From NCBI GenBank assembly GCA_949293555.1, contig CASFDV010000003.1:7614-71613 (forward strand): DNA of 64,000 nucleotides, in the 5' to 3' direction. Of this stretch, positions 47,830 to 56,953 are shown piece by piece. Numbering within the stretch: position 1 is the first letter of the stretch; each line of letters begins with the position of its first letter. The notes beneath the pieces were generated by a model, which was given only the letters and a program-made list of their open reading frames with translations, was not told where the DNA came from and did no database searches. The position numbers were made by a program, and so were the translations under genes. This DNA comes from an uncultured Bacillota bacterium (GTDB taxonomy: Bacteria > Bacillota_I > Bacilli_A > RFN20 > CAG-826).

Positions 47830-48383
47830 GCGGCTTCTACGAGGAGAACGCGGAGTTCTACGTCCAGGGCACCTTCCATCTCGACATGGAGGGGACGAGG
47901 AGGAAGTTCCTTTCCTACGTCCCCGAGGGAGGGAGGATCCTCGACCTCGGGTTCGGGTCGGGAAGGGACATGCTCGCCTTTAGGGACGCTGGCTACCAGG
48001 TGGTGGGGATCGACCCCTGCCTTCCTTTCGTCCGGAGAGCAAGGTCCCTGGGGATGGAGGCGCTCGCCCTAAGGGCGGAGGACATGCCCTTCGTAAACGA
48101 GTTCGACGGAATCTGGGCCTCTGCCTCCCTCCTCCATTCGGAGGATCTCCCGAAGGCCCTGGGGAAGTGCCATAAGGCCCTTAGGGAAGGAGGGGTCCTC
48201 TACTGCTCCTTCAAGAAGGGAAGCTTCCGGGGGATGAGGGACGGGAGGTTCTACGCCGACATGGAGCCCTCCACCTTGGAGCAATCCCTGAAGATAGCGG
48301 GTTTCTTCCCTCTTTCGGTATGGACAAGCGAGGATTCCCTTAGGCCGGGCCTCTTCTGGACGAACGGGATGGCCCGTAAATAG
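47817..48383 (+). CDS. Small class I SAM-dependent methyltransferase
   Basis: Motif I ILDLGFGSGRD. No DPPY/NPPF DNA-methyltransferase motif. Overlaps the HNH gene by 13 nt. Confidence 0.65.
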   Translation: MPPVSGFYEENAEFYVQGTFHLDMEGTRRKFLSYVPEGGRILDLGFGSGRDMLAFRDAGYQVVGIDPCLPFVRRARSLGMEALALRAEDMPFVNEFDGIWASASLLHSEDLPKALGKCHKALREGGVLYCSFKKGSFRGMRDGRFYADMEPSTLEQSLKIAGFFPLSVWTSEDSLRPGLFWTNGMARK

Positions 48384-48439
48384 ACATTCGTTATACATTA
48401 AAAAAATTCCGATGAAATCGTCGTTTTTTGCACGTCATC

Positions 48440-48465
48440 TTGAAAAATCAAGGGGGGGGTATTCT
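48440..48465 (+). promoter_or_regulatory. Candidate promoter with a G8 homopolymer in the spacer (TTGAAA-N14 including G8-TATTCT), upstream of the defence operon
   Basis: G8 lies at 48452-48459 between -35-like and -10-like hexamers. The spacer is currently 14 nt, which is sub-optimal. Confidence 0.3.
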
Positions 48466-48505
48466 TCCTTTGTTTTTTGGAGGTTTCGGGAGAGTGGGAG
48501 GCAAG

Positions 48506-50692
48506 ATGGCGGAGACGAATCTTCGAGACGTGCTCGGTCTTGGCCATGACTATTCGAATACGCCAGACACCCCTATCGCGGATTACGTTTTGAATCCGTG
48601 CCTCAGGGAGGCTAAGTCCTTCGACGCCCTATTCGGCTTTTTCTCAAGCGAGTCCTTGATTGCGATCTCTCCCGGGCTGGAGACCTTCTTTTTCCATGGA
48701 GGGAAGATCCGCCTAGCGATATGCGCTTTCGTCAAGAAAGAGGACGTAGCGGCTATCCAAGAAGCCTACGAGGACAAGGAAAGATTCCAGGCGTCTTTTT
48801 CCGAAGCCGAGAAGCGTCTGCTGAAGGAACTCAGGAAGGCCGCCGAAGAGAACCCTGACTCCGTTTCCTTGCTCCGCGAGATGATTGCGGCGAATCGGTT
48901 GGAAATCATAGCCGTCGGACCCTATATGTCGTCGGGCCTGATGCACCAGAAGATCGGAGTATTCGAAGATTCGCATGGGAATTGCGTATCTTTCAGCGGA
49001 AGCTCGAATCTTACCGGAAGCGCGATCACGAGTATCAAAGGGGTGTGGAACTATGAGGACCTCAAGGTGTTCCGGTCCTGGGAAGTTGGAGAAGACAAGT
49101 ACTGCTTTTCCGATAGGAAGAAAGTCCAGGCCGCGTTTTCGGGTGAGGATCAATGGCTCGAACGAAGGGAGCTTAGTGCGATTGTCAGGGAATGCATTGA
49201 TTCCATCCCTGCCGTCTCGCTAAAGCGAAGCTCAGCAAGCGTTCCTTCGTCTGGGCAATCTTCAAGCGTTAAAGAGGATATAGGGGTTGGCTATCTATAC
49301 GACTATCAGAGAAGTGCCGTCGACAGGTGGTTTGAGATGGGTTGCCGTGGCTTCTTCATGATGGCGACTGGCACAGGGAAGACGAGGACGGCACTGGCCG
49401 CGGTCAAGGAATATTGGGAGAAGGGGAGGAACGCCATTGTTGTGGTCGCCGTCCCTCTTCTGGCCCTGGCCGACCAATGGGAAAGGGAGATTGAGCATTG
49501 GCTAGGCGTTCGGCCGATCATGTGCAATTCAAAGAACCCCCAGTGGCGAGAGGAGGTGCAAAGCGCCTTGTCCGGAAGGAGGTTCCGCAACAAGGACGCA
49601 AGGACGGTCCTCTTGGTCACGTACCACTCTAAGAAAAAACTTGAAGCCCAGCTTCGAAACTACCCTAGCGAGAAGTGCCTTCTTCTTGCCGATGAGGCTC
49701 ACCACATCGATCCCGATTGGCTTGAGCAGGCGAAATTCTTCGGCCCTTGCATAGGCTTGAGCGCCACCCCCGGGACGGGAATGCCCGGGGACGAGCTTGG
49801 TCCGCGGATCATCAGGGACTTCGGAGGACTCGCTATCTCCTTGTCGCTTGAGGAAGCTCTCGAGAAGGGCGTGCTTGTTCCATATGACTACTACCCGCTC
49901 TTCTGCCATCCCAACGACAAGGAAGAGGAGAAGTTCCGTCACTACACGCAGCTTATCGCCGCGGCCCTTCAGAGTTCCGATCCGAAGAAGAAGGAAGATT
50001 GCTCTAGGCTTATTCGCCTTCGTTCCCAGGTCGTTGCCAATTGCAGTGACAAGATTTCGCGCCTTGGCGAGTTTATTCAATCTGTAGCGAAAGAAGATCT
50101 CGACCATCTGCTTGTCTATTGCGGAGCGGGGGACATCTATGGCGGAAACATTGCCGAGGAAGAACGCTTCATCTCCTTCGTTCATAAGAAGCTGAAGGAA
50201 ACGTTGCCATGGCTGATCGTCTCCCCGTTCACCAGCCGCGAGGATAAGGTCGAGCGGACTTTGATTTTGAGAGGATTTCAGGAAGGGACGATCAACGCCA
50301 TAACTGCGATTCGCTGCCTAGACGAGGGAATCGACCTTCCCTCTATCCGTGCCGCCCTTATTCTCGCAAGCGGTTCGACTCTTCGGGAGTTCATCCAGCG
50401 GAGGGGCCGAATCCTTCGTCTTTCGAAAGAGACGGGCAAGGATCATGCCTCAATCTATGACGTGGTTTGCCTCCCCCAAGGTGCGGACTGTCAGGCCCTG
50501 GCCCGTTACGAGCTTAGGCGTTTCTATGAGTTCGCTAGGAGCGCTAGAAATTGGGAGATGGGCCTTAAGGATCGTTTGGAACATTACTTGGTTCATTACG
50601 GTCTTGGGACTATTGAGGAAGCCTTCTTTGGCAAGGAGGACGATTTCGTGATGGAGAAGATACAGATGGAAGGAGACGAAGCGGATGCCTAG
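48506..50692 (+). CDS. PLD-family (HKD) nuclease domain fused to an SF2 DEAH-box helicase
   Basis: N-terminal HKD motif LMHQKIGVFED...SGSSNLTGSA. Helicase motifs MMATGTGKT (I), LLADEAHH (II) and QRRGRILR (VI). RBS GGGAGG before the MAETNL start. Confidence 0.75.
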   Translation: MAETNLRDVLGLGHDYSNTPDTPIADYVLNPCLREAKSFDALFGFFSSESLIAISPGLETFFFHGGKIRLAICAFVKKEDVAAIQEAYEDKERFQASFSEAEKRLLKELRKAAEENPDSVSLLREMIAANRLEIIAVGPYMSSGLMHQKIGVFEDSHGNCVSFSGSSNLTGSAITSIKGVWNYEDLKVFRSWEVGEDKYCFSDRKKVQAAFSGEDQWLERRELSAIVRECIDSIPAVSLKRSSASVPSSGQSSSVKEDIGVGYLYDYQRSAVDRWFEMGCRGFFMMATGTGKTRTALAAVKEYWEKGRNAIVVVAVPLLALADQWEREIEHWLGVRPIMCNSKNPQWREEVQSALSGRRFRNKDARTVLLVTYHSKKKLEAQLRNYPSEKCLLLADEAHHIDPDWLEQAKFFGPCIGLSATPGTGMPGDELGPRIIRDFGGLAISLSLEEALEKGVLVPYDYYPLFCHPNDKEEEKFRHYTQLIAAALQSSDPKKKEDCSRLIRLRSQVVANCSDKISRLGEFIQSVAKEDLDHLLVYCGAGDIYGGNIAEEERFISFVHKKLKETLPWLIVSPFTSREDKVERTLILRGFQEGTINAITAIRCLDEGIDLPSIRAALILASGSTLREFIQRRGRILRLSKETGKDHASIYDVVCLPQGADCQALARYELRRFYEFARSARNWEMGLKDRLEHYLVHYGLGTIEEAFFGKEDDFVMEKIQMEGDEADA

Positions 50693-50894
50693 GCGTGAGG
50701 ATAAAAACGAAGTCAGCCAGGCCGCTGCAGCCCAATTGCGCGAGGGCGCTTTGTCGGAGGCGAAAGATATTCTTGCCTCTCCGCAGGTCAACCTCAGCAT
50801 GAAGAAAGCAGCAGCCCAGAAGCTTTATCAGACGGCTCTCAAGCTTGCAGAAGTCGAGCTCGCAAAAGAGGAGGACTCTGTGGATGCTGATTGA
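50685..50894 (+). CDS. Small (69 aa) predicted helical protein, translationally coupled between the helicase and ATPase genes
   Basis: AAGGAG RBS. Its ATG overlaps the upstream TAG stop, and its own stop overlaps the ATPase start. Confidence 0.45.
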   Translation: MPRREDKNEVSQAAAAQLREGALSEAKDILASPQVNLSMKKAAAQKLYQTALKLAEVELAKEEDSVDAD

Positions 50895-52959
50895 GAAGGT
50901 CTGGGCGGAGAATTTTAGAAACTTCCGTAAGTTTGGAAGGCGCGACCGCCCAATTCGTTTTAATACTGACGGCAAAGTCAACTTGATTTACGGGAAATCC
51001 GGCTTTGGGAAAAGCACTATCCTTCAGCTTCTCCAATGGATTCTCTATGGAAGATGCGAGTTTTCTGAAGACGATCTGGTCAACAGCGGGGTTAGGAAGG
51101 ACGCCGATATTGGGTCCGATGTCACTCTGTACGGGTCTTTGACCATCTTGGTGGATGGGATTCGTTATTACATTCAACGTCGTTGGCTATTCTTGAAGCA
51201 GCCCGGTGGCGGTTTGCGCAGGAAGAAGAAAAAGGATAAGAACGACCAAGAACACCCTGAAGAGTATTTCACTATTGAGAAAGAGAACCCCGATGGGAGC
51301 GCCACGCCGATTCAAGGCGAGAAAGGGGATGAGGGGCGGGAGTTTATCGATCGAATCATGCCCCAGGGGCTTGCTGGCTACTTCTTCTTTGACGGCGAAC
51401 AGTTCATAGATCGGTTTGAAGACAGCAAAAACTCAAATGGGAAGAGACTGAAGGAAGCGATCGCGACCTTGTTTCAAACGGATGTTTATAACGTTGCGAA
51501 AGAACTTCTTTCAGGATCTGCGTGGTCGGTTTCGGGCATGTTGGATAAAGGGCTAAGCGAAGCGAGATATTCCGGCTTCAAAGGCCTGGAAGAGGCTCGC
51601 GAGGCTGAGGAGCAAGCAAAAAACTCTTTTCACAGGGCGGAACAGATGTGCGAATTGCGGAGGCAGGAAGCAAAATCCGAACAGAAAGAGATGCTTGTCC
51701 TTTCCGAAACGCTTAAGGACATCCCTAACCAGGAAGATTTGAAGAGGCGGATTAACGATTTAGAGAAGGAACAGGAGTCGTTGCGGAGGCAGTATGACGA
51801 CCTTCTTCTTAAGATTGCCGCTTCTGCTAGGTCCCATTTCATGTCCTTTGCCGTTGCCAAGAATGTCGTTGATGCCGTAAGGATGAAACCGGATGAGATT
51901 GGCGACCAGGAAGTGCCGGCCTCGTTGACCAAAGAACTTATTGAATGCCTAGAGGAAAAGGAAGAATGCATTTGCGGCCACCGTATTGGGAAACTGGAGA
52001 GAGAGCAGTTGGAACGATGGCTTACAGCGCTCCCTCCAGCATCCTATCGACCGACATACGATTCTTATCTCGAGCGGAAAGACTCAGCAGTGGAGCATGA
52101 ATTGGAGCGGGGATTCCGCGACTTGCACAGCCTCGTGGAGGAACTGGTCGCCAAAGAAGAACGAATTAGAGTCTTGGCCAACAAGCTCAAGGAGGCCTGG
52201 GAGCGGCAGCGGGCGGGTTTTGATGCCGATGCCGAAAGCAAATGGAAAAGGCTAAGGGCGCTTCAGGAGAAAGTTAAAAAGACCAACGATTCTATTGGTG
52301 AGTTATCTGCGGAGGCCGATCGAAAGAAACACATCTGGGAAGCGGCAAGGAAACGTTTTGATGAGGCCTTAAGGCAGGCGAACATCGCCCGAAAGGAGCG
52401 CTATGCCCTTTCGTTGTCCAACGAGGTCGCCGAGCTTTTTGAAGCACTCGCCAAGCAACGTACCTTAAATGTCCGAACGGATCTCCAGCAAGCGATCGAA
52501 GAGTACCTCAACAAAATCCTTGTAGGAGCCGTAAAGACCGCTGAGCTAAGCGAGGATTTCAAGCTTACGATCCGCGAGGGGGATATCACTTACAAGTCGA
52601 GAGGCCAGGCCGCAGTCGCCTGCTATAGCTATGTCCTTGGCATCCTCGCGGTTCTTAAGCGTTTCCGGGATCGCCATGAGGATGACATCCTTGACCTCTC
52701 CGACGAATACCCACTTGTCATCGACGCCCCTTTCAGCGAGACCGACAGGGAGCAGACCCTGCATGCCCTTTCCTATTTCCGTGAGATTCCTAAGCAGATT
52801 GTCCTTATGTCCAACCGCGACCTGAACGACATGGTCGAAGAAGTGGACGCGGGGACCATCTATGTCATTAAAGGCGTAGGGGTGGACGCCTTCATCGAGG
52901 AATGCTCTTACGAGGATGTGGATCGCTACTTTGCCGAGGGTGGCGAGAAGGAGGACTAG
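50884..52959 (+). CDS. SMC/RecF-like AAA ATPase (AAA_23-type N-terminal Walker A with coiled-coil middle), DndD paralogue-like
   Basis: VNLIYGKSGFGKSTILQLLQWILYG P-loop, a long coiled-coil, and C-terminal Walker B/D-loop (LVIDAPFSETD). RBS AGAGGAGGA. Confidence 0.7.
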   Translation: MLIEKVWAENFRNFRKFGRRDRPIRFNTDGKVNLIYGKSGFGKSTILQLLQWILYGRCEFSEDDLVNSGVRKDADIGSDVTLYGSLTILVDGIRYYIQRRWLFLKQPGGGLRRKKKKDKNDQEHPEEYFTIEKENPDGSATPIQGEKGDEGREFIDRIMPQGLAGYFFFDGEQFIDRFEDSKNSNGKRLKEAIATLFQTDVYNVAKELLSGSAWSVSGMLDKGLSEARYSGFKGLEEAREAEEQAKNSFHRAEQMCELRRQEAKSEQKEMLVLSETLKDIPNQEDLKRRINDLEKEQESLRRQYDDLLLKIAASARSHFMSFAVAKNVVDAVRMKPDEIGDQEVPASLTKELIECLEEKEECICGHRIGKLEREQLERWLTALPPASYRPTYDSYLERKDSAVEHELERGFRDLHSLVEELVAKEERIRVLANKLKEAWERQRAGFDADAESKWKRLRALQEKVKKTNDSIGELSAEADRKKHIWEAARKRFDEALRQANIARKERYALSLSNEVAELFEALAKQRTLNVRTDLQQAIEEYLNKILVGAVKTAELSEDFKLTIREGDITYKSRGQAAVACYSYVLGILAVLKRFRDRHEDDILDLSDEYPLVIDAPFSETDREQTLHALSYFREIPKQIVLMSNRDLNDMVEEVDAGTIYVIKGVGVDAFIEECSYEDVDRYFAEGGEKED

Positions 52960-53484
52960 ATGAACAACAGCCAGCCAATTTCAAGTTCCATCGTCCTTTA
53001 TGGCGCACCTTGGCATGAGGCCAGGGCAAAGTTTTGCCAAAACAAAGGGAACGGCATCCTCTTCGAGACTGCCGCCGAGCTGTTCATCTTTTGCTCGGCG
53101 ATAGGGGTGCGAATCGGCTCTCCGACCGAACAATTTCCACCGGATGAGGAAAACCCGCAAGGCGTCGAGGTTCCTTATACGGTCCTTGAGCGGCCAAAGA
53201 ACAAGGATTTTCTTAGCGACCTCTACGCGACTGTTTTGTTTAACCGGTGGATTGAACCAAAAAAGACAGACATTCAGCGTCTGGAGGTGATTTTCGAGAA
53301 GGGTGCTCCCTCTGACCGCCACAAGATCCTTGAGCCCTATGCGCGGACAGGGGTCCTCCACCTTCTCGAATACACGAAGGACTTTGTGAAGGAATGGCCC
53401 CTCATTGAACGAGTGTGGTCGGATCTTGCGGAACTCTACGAAGAACCGCGCATCCTTGGAGGGGAAGATTCTTCAGAGGAATGA
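52960..53484 (+). CDS. Hypothetical 174-aa protein of the defence operon
   Basis: ATG lies immediately after the ATPase stop codon. Its stop overlaps the dndC start (ATGA). No recognisable motif; weak resemblance to DndE only. Confidence 0.5.
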   Translation: MNNSQPISSSIVLYGAPWHEARAKFCQNKGNGILFETAAELFIFCSAIGVRIGSPTEQFPPDEENPQGVEVPYTVLERPKNKDFLSDLYATVLFNRWIEPKKTDIQRLEVIFEKGAPSDRHKILEPYARTGVLHLLEYTKDFVKEWPLIERVWSDLAELYEEPRILGGEDSSEE

Positions 53485-54860
53485 CGATGACAGAGGATGG
53501 TCGCCTTTCCGTCTTTTCGTCCGTCCTCGAGGACATGGAGAGGGTGTACCTCCACGACCAGAGGCCCTGGATGATCGGCTATAGCGGGGGCAAGGACTCC
53601 TCTCTTTTGACGATGCTCGCCTTCGAGATGCTCCAGAAGATCCCGGAAGGCAAGCGTTGGAAACCGATATACGTGGTTTCCAGCGATACTCGCCTTGAGA
53701 ACCCGGTCGTCTCCCTCTACATGCATGCGTCCAACCGGAAGATCGGACGTTACGCCCATGAAAACAATCTCCCGGTCATCTCGGAAATCATCTATCCCAA
53801 GGACGAAGAGACGTTCTGGACCCTCGTGATCGGGAAAGGCTATCCGACCCCGGAGCCTCCGGGGTTCCGCTGGTGCACCGAGCGTTTGAAAATCAATCCG
53901 ATGAACCGTTTCGTCGACGGGATCATCCAGGAGCATGGCGAAGTCGTCATCCTCCTGGGAGTCCGCAAGGGCGAGTCCGGGACGAGGAAGAGGAGCATCG
54001 AGTCCCGCGAGATCGAGGGGCGGCTTCTCCAGCATCACGAGACTCTCCCCAAGGCGTGGGTATTCAATCCTCTCACGGAGGTCCCTAACGACCTTGTCTG
54101 GCCCTATCTCCTGAAAGGGGATGGAATCGCCCCTTGGGGGACCGACCTTAAGAAGCTTTACGCGATGTATCGCGGGGCCGACCTTTCCGAGGAGCAGTCC
54201 GTGATCGGGCAGGTCGACATCTCGAACATGCCGGTCACGGGGAACAGCCGCTTCGGGTGCTGGTGCTGCACCATCGTGAAGGAGGACAAGTCCCTCGCGA
54301 ACTTCATCGCGAAGGGCGCGAACGAACTCGCTCCTCTGAGGGATTTCCGGAACTGGCTCGTCTCGATCCGGCAGGACCCCGCCTACCGGGAGAAGCATCG
54401 GGCGAACGGGAAGGTCTACAGGAAATCGGACGGGGAAGTCGGGCTTGGCCCTTTCACCCTGGACGCGAGGGAGGAGATCCTGCGGAGGCTTCTCGCCCTT
54501 CAAAAGAGGACCGGCTTCTCGCTCATATCGGAAGGAGAGCTCCGCCTCATCGATCGCGCCTGGGAGGACGAGGGGGATTTGTCGCGCCGGCGCCTTGTGG
54601 ACGCCTACCGTGACGTCATGGGGAAGAAGCTTCCATGGGACGAGGAGAAGCGCGCCCTGATGGACGAGGATTTCCTCAGGGAGCTTGAGGATTTGTGCGA
54701 TAGGAACGGCCTTCCGTTCGAGGCCATCGGGAAGGTCCTCATGGCGGTCGAGAAGGGGAGGGTCGGGAAGACCAGGGATGCCCTCCGCAAGTCTGCGAAG
54801 AGAATTCTTTCCCAAGAGTATCTCCATCAGGACGCGCTGAGGGAGGGGGAGGAAGCATGA
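53481..54860 (+). CDS. dndC: DNA phosphorothioation protein DndC (PAPS-reductase-like PP-loop ATP pyrophosphatase)
   Basis: PP-loop motif MIGYSGGKDSS, conserved NSRFGCWCCT cysteine motif, about 460 aa. Directly followed by dndD and dndE. Confidence 0.8.
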   Translation: MTMTEDGRLSVFSSVLEDMERVYLHDQRPWMIGYSGGKDSSLLTMLAFEMLQKIPEGKRWKPIYVVSSDTRLENPVVSLYMHASNRKIGRYAHENNLPVISEIIYPKDEETFWTLVIGKGYPTPEPPGFRWCTERLKINPMNRFVDGIIQEHGEVVILLGVRKGESGTRKRSIESREIEGRLLQHHETLPKAWVFNPLTEVPNDLVWPYLLKGDGIAPWGTDLKKLYAMYRGADLSEEQSVIGQVDISNMPVTGNSRFGCWCCTIVKEDKSLANFIAKGANELAPLRDFRNWLVSIRQDPAYREKHRANGKVYRKSDGEVGLGPFTLDAREEILRRLLALQKRTGFSLISEGELRLIDRAWEDEGDLSRRRLVDAYRDVMGKKLPWDEEKRALMDEDFLRELEDLCDRNGLPFEAIGKVLMAVEKGRVGKTRDALRKSAKRILSQEYLHQDALREGEEA

Positions 54861-56953
54861 AGATTCTCGCCGCGGAAATCGAAAACTTCGGCCCCTACGT
54901 CGGGCGCACCCGCTTCGACCTTTCTCCCGAAGGGACCATCCGCAGGATTGTGCTTATGGGAGGGAAGAACGGAGCGGGCAAGACGACTTTCTTCGAGTCG
55001 CTCCGGCTTGCGCTTTACGGTCCGAAGGCGTTCGGCCTTGCCGTCAGGAACGCCAAGTACGGTAAGAAAGTCGCCTCCCTCGTCAACAAGCGCGTGCTCC
55101 GGGAAGGGAAGGCGCGGGCCTCGGTCGCCGTTTCCCTTCGCCTTGAGGACGGGAACCATGAGAACGGATCCTATCGGCTCGATCGTTCCTGGGAAATCGA
55201 GGGCAAGGACGTCAGGGAAACCCTCAAGGTGTCCTTCAAGCCGGATAACGGGGACGAGAGGCTCCTTGGCAGGGAAGAGGAACAGGACTTCGAGATGACG
55301 CTTGAGTCCCTCTTGCCCTTGTCGCTTTTCCCGTTCTATTTCTTCGACGGGGAGAAACTCACGGACTTCTTTCTGGACGGCAAGGGCTTCCGCGAGACCT
55401 TGATCGCGATGACCGGGCTGGAGAGCCTCGACATGCTCGTCTCGATCCTTGGCGACCTCGCGAAGAAGGAGGGGAGGGCGAAGGACGCCGGGAGGCGGTT
55501 CGAAAAGGCGGAGAAAACCTATCTTTCCCTTAAGTCGAAATGGGATGCCCTCCGCGAGGAACGGGATGCCCTGAAAGAGGAAATCGAGAAAAAGGAAGAG
55601 GATTTCCAGGAATTTCAGAAGGAATTCCTTAGAAAAGGAGGCCTTTCCGTGAAGGCAAGGCGCGCCCTTGAGAAAGAAATAGAGCATGAGACGGAAGAAA
55701 GGGAGAGGAAGCGCGTGGAGCTCAAGGCCTTTGCGAACACGCATCTCCCTCTCCTCATCATGGAACGACAGGTGCGGAAGGCGCTTGAGGGGGCCGATTC
55801 CTCCCGTTCCGCCTTCCTTGTCCGGGAGATCAAGAAGGCCGCGGAGGAGCGAGGGGTCCTCCCTCTTATTTCCGAGCAGCTCGGTCCCGAAGGACTCGAC
55901 GGGCTCCTTAGGTCCATCTTCGGGGAGGAGGCGCTCAAGGGGGAAGGCGCAGGCTTCTACCGCCCCTCGCCGGAAGAACTTTCTCGCATTCATGAGCAAT
56001 TGGCGGAGGCTAGGTCCGCCGACCTTGGCTATTTCAAGGCGATCGAGGAAGACATCTATGGCTCCATGTCGATGCAGCGGGGGATACGGGAAAGGCTCAA
56101 AGGAGTTTCCGAGGAAGGAGAGAGGGCGCTTGAGAAAGAGCGGAAGGAACTGGAGAAGTTCCGCTTCTCTGTCCTGAGGAAGATCAGGGAGAAAGAAGAT
56201 TCCCTGGAGGCGCTCCTTCCCGATTTCCTTAAGGCGGAGGCGGAATATCGCTCGGCTTCCAAGGAGAGGGACGACCGGCTGAGGGAAGAGTCCGCGCACA
56301 GCCTTGCCGCGAAGGCGCACCTTGTCCTCGCGGAGTTCGAACGCCATCTTTTCGCGAAGCAGGTGGATCGGCTGAAGGACTCCTTCCTCTCCATCTTCTC
56401 TTCGATCATCAACAAGGACGGCCTTGTCGACGGGCTTGAAGTCGATTCCATGCTCCGCGTCTACCCCGTTCTTTCCGAACAGGTATCCCTGGGGGAGATG
56501 GCGCGCCTCCGCGAGGAGCTGGGAGAAGCCGAGTTCGAAGAACGATACGGGGAGGCTGCCCTTTCCATGACCTATCTTGAGATGGATGAAGAACAGGTCC
56601 GGATGCCACTCAAGGTAAGCGGGATGTCCGCCGGGGAGAGGCAGGTGTATCTATTCGCTCTCTACGGGGCCCTTGCCACGATCGCCGACCACCGGATGCC
56701 CTTCCTCATCGATTTCCCGTTCGGCCGGGTCGATACCGTCCACCGCATGGGCATGGTGGACCATTTCTTCCTTTCCCTTCCCGGGCAGGTCGTCATCCTT
56801 TCGACGGACGAGGAGGTGCAAGGGGCGCTTCTGGAGGAGATGGACCCCTTCATCGCGAGGTCCTACACGATCGAGAGCAAGGGGGACGGGACTAGCCGCG
56901 TTCTCGAAGGCGTCTACTTCGGGAAGGAGGTTCCTTATGGGAAACAGGCTTAG
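54857..56953 (+). CDS. dndD: DNA sulfur modification protein DndD (SMC-like ATPase)
   Basis: Characteristic N-terminus MKILAAEIENFGPY...IVLMGGKNGAGKTTFFESLRLALYGP, long coiled-coil, C-terminal ABC signature/Walker B (GMSAGERQ, PFLIDFPF). ATGA overlap with dndC. Confidence 0.85.
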   Translation: MKILAAEIENFGPYVGRTRFDLSPEGTIRRIVLMGGKNGAGKTTFFESLRLALYGPKAFGLAVRNAKYGKKVASLVNKRVLREGKARASVAVSLRLEDGNHENGSYRLDRSWEIEGKDVRETLKVSFKPDNGDERLLGREEEQDFEMTLESLLPLSLFPFYFFDGEKLTDFFLDGKGFRETLIAMTGLESLDMLVSILGDLAKKEGRAKDAGRRFEKAEKTYLSLKSKWDALREERDALKEEIEKKEEDFQEFQKEFLRKGGLSVKARRALEKEIEHETEERERKRVELKAFANTHLPLLIMERQVRKALEGADSSRSAFLVREIKKAAEERGVLPLISEQLGPEGLDGLLRSIFGEEALKGEGAGFYRPSPEELSRIHEQLAEARSADLGYFKAIEEDIYGSMSMQRGIRERLKGVSEEGERALEKERKELEKFRFSVLRKIREKEDSLEALLPDFLKAEAEYRSASKERDDRLREESAHSLAAKAHLVLAEFERHLFAKQVDRLKDSFLSIFSSIINKDGLVDGLEVDSMLRVYPVLSEQVSLGEMARLREELGEAEFEERYGEAALSMTYLEMDEEQVRMPLKVSGMSAGERQVYLFALYGALATIADHRMPFLIDFPFGRVDTVHRMGMVDHFFLSLPGQVVILSTDEEVQGALLEEMDPFIARSYTIESKGDGTSRVLEGVYFGKEVPYGKQA

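Noticed and set aside
47817-48383. Methyltransferase as the modification half of an R-M system with the HNH protein
   Set aside because: Only the motif I glycine loop is present. There is no DPPY/NPPY or target-recognition region, and at 188 aa it is too small for a DNA methyltransferase.
53481-54860. PAPS-reductase-like gene as BREX type 4 BrxP or SspD instead of DndC
   Set aside because: It is immediately followed by unmistakable dndD and dndE homologues. No BREX (brxA/B/C/L) or ssp (sspB/C) partners are present.
54827-56347. 506-aa ORF antisense to dndD
   Set aside because: Shadow frame. dndD on the + strand has clear ATPase motifs and operon coupling.
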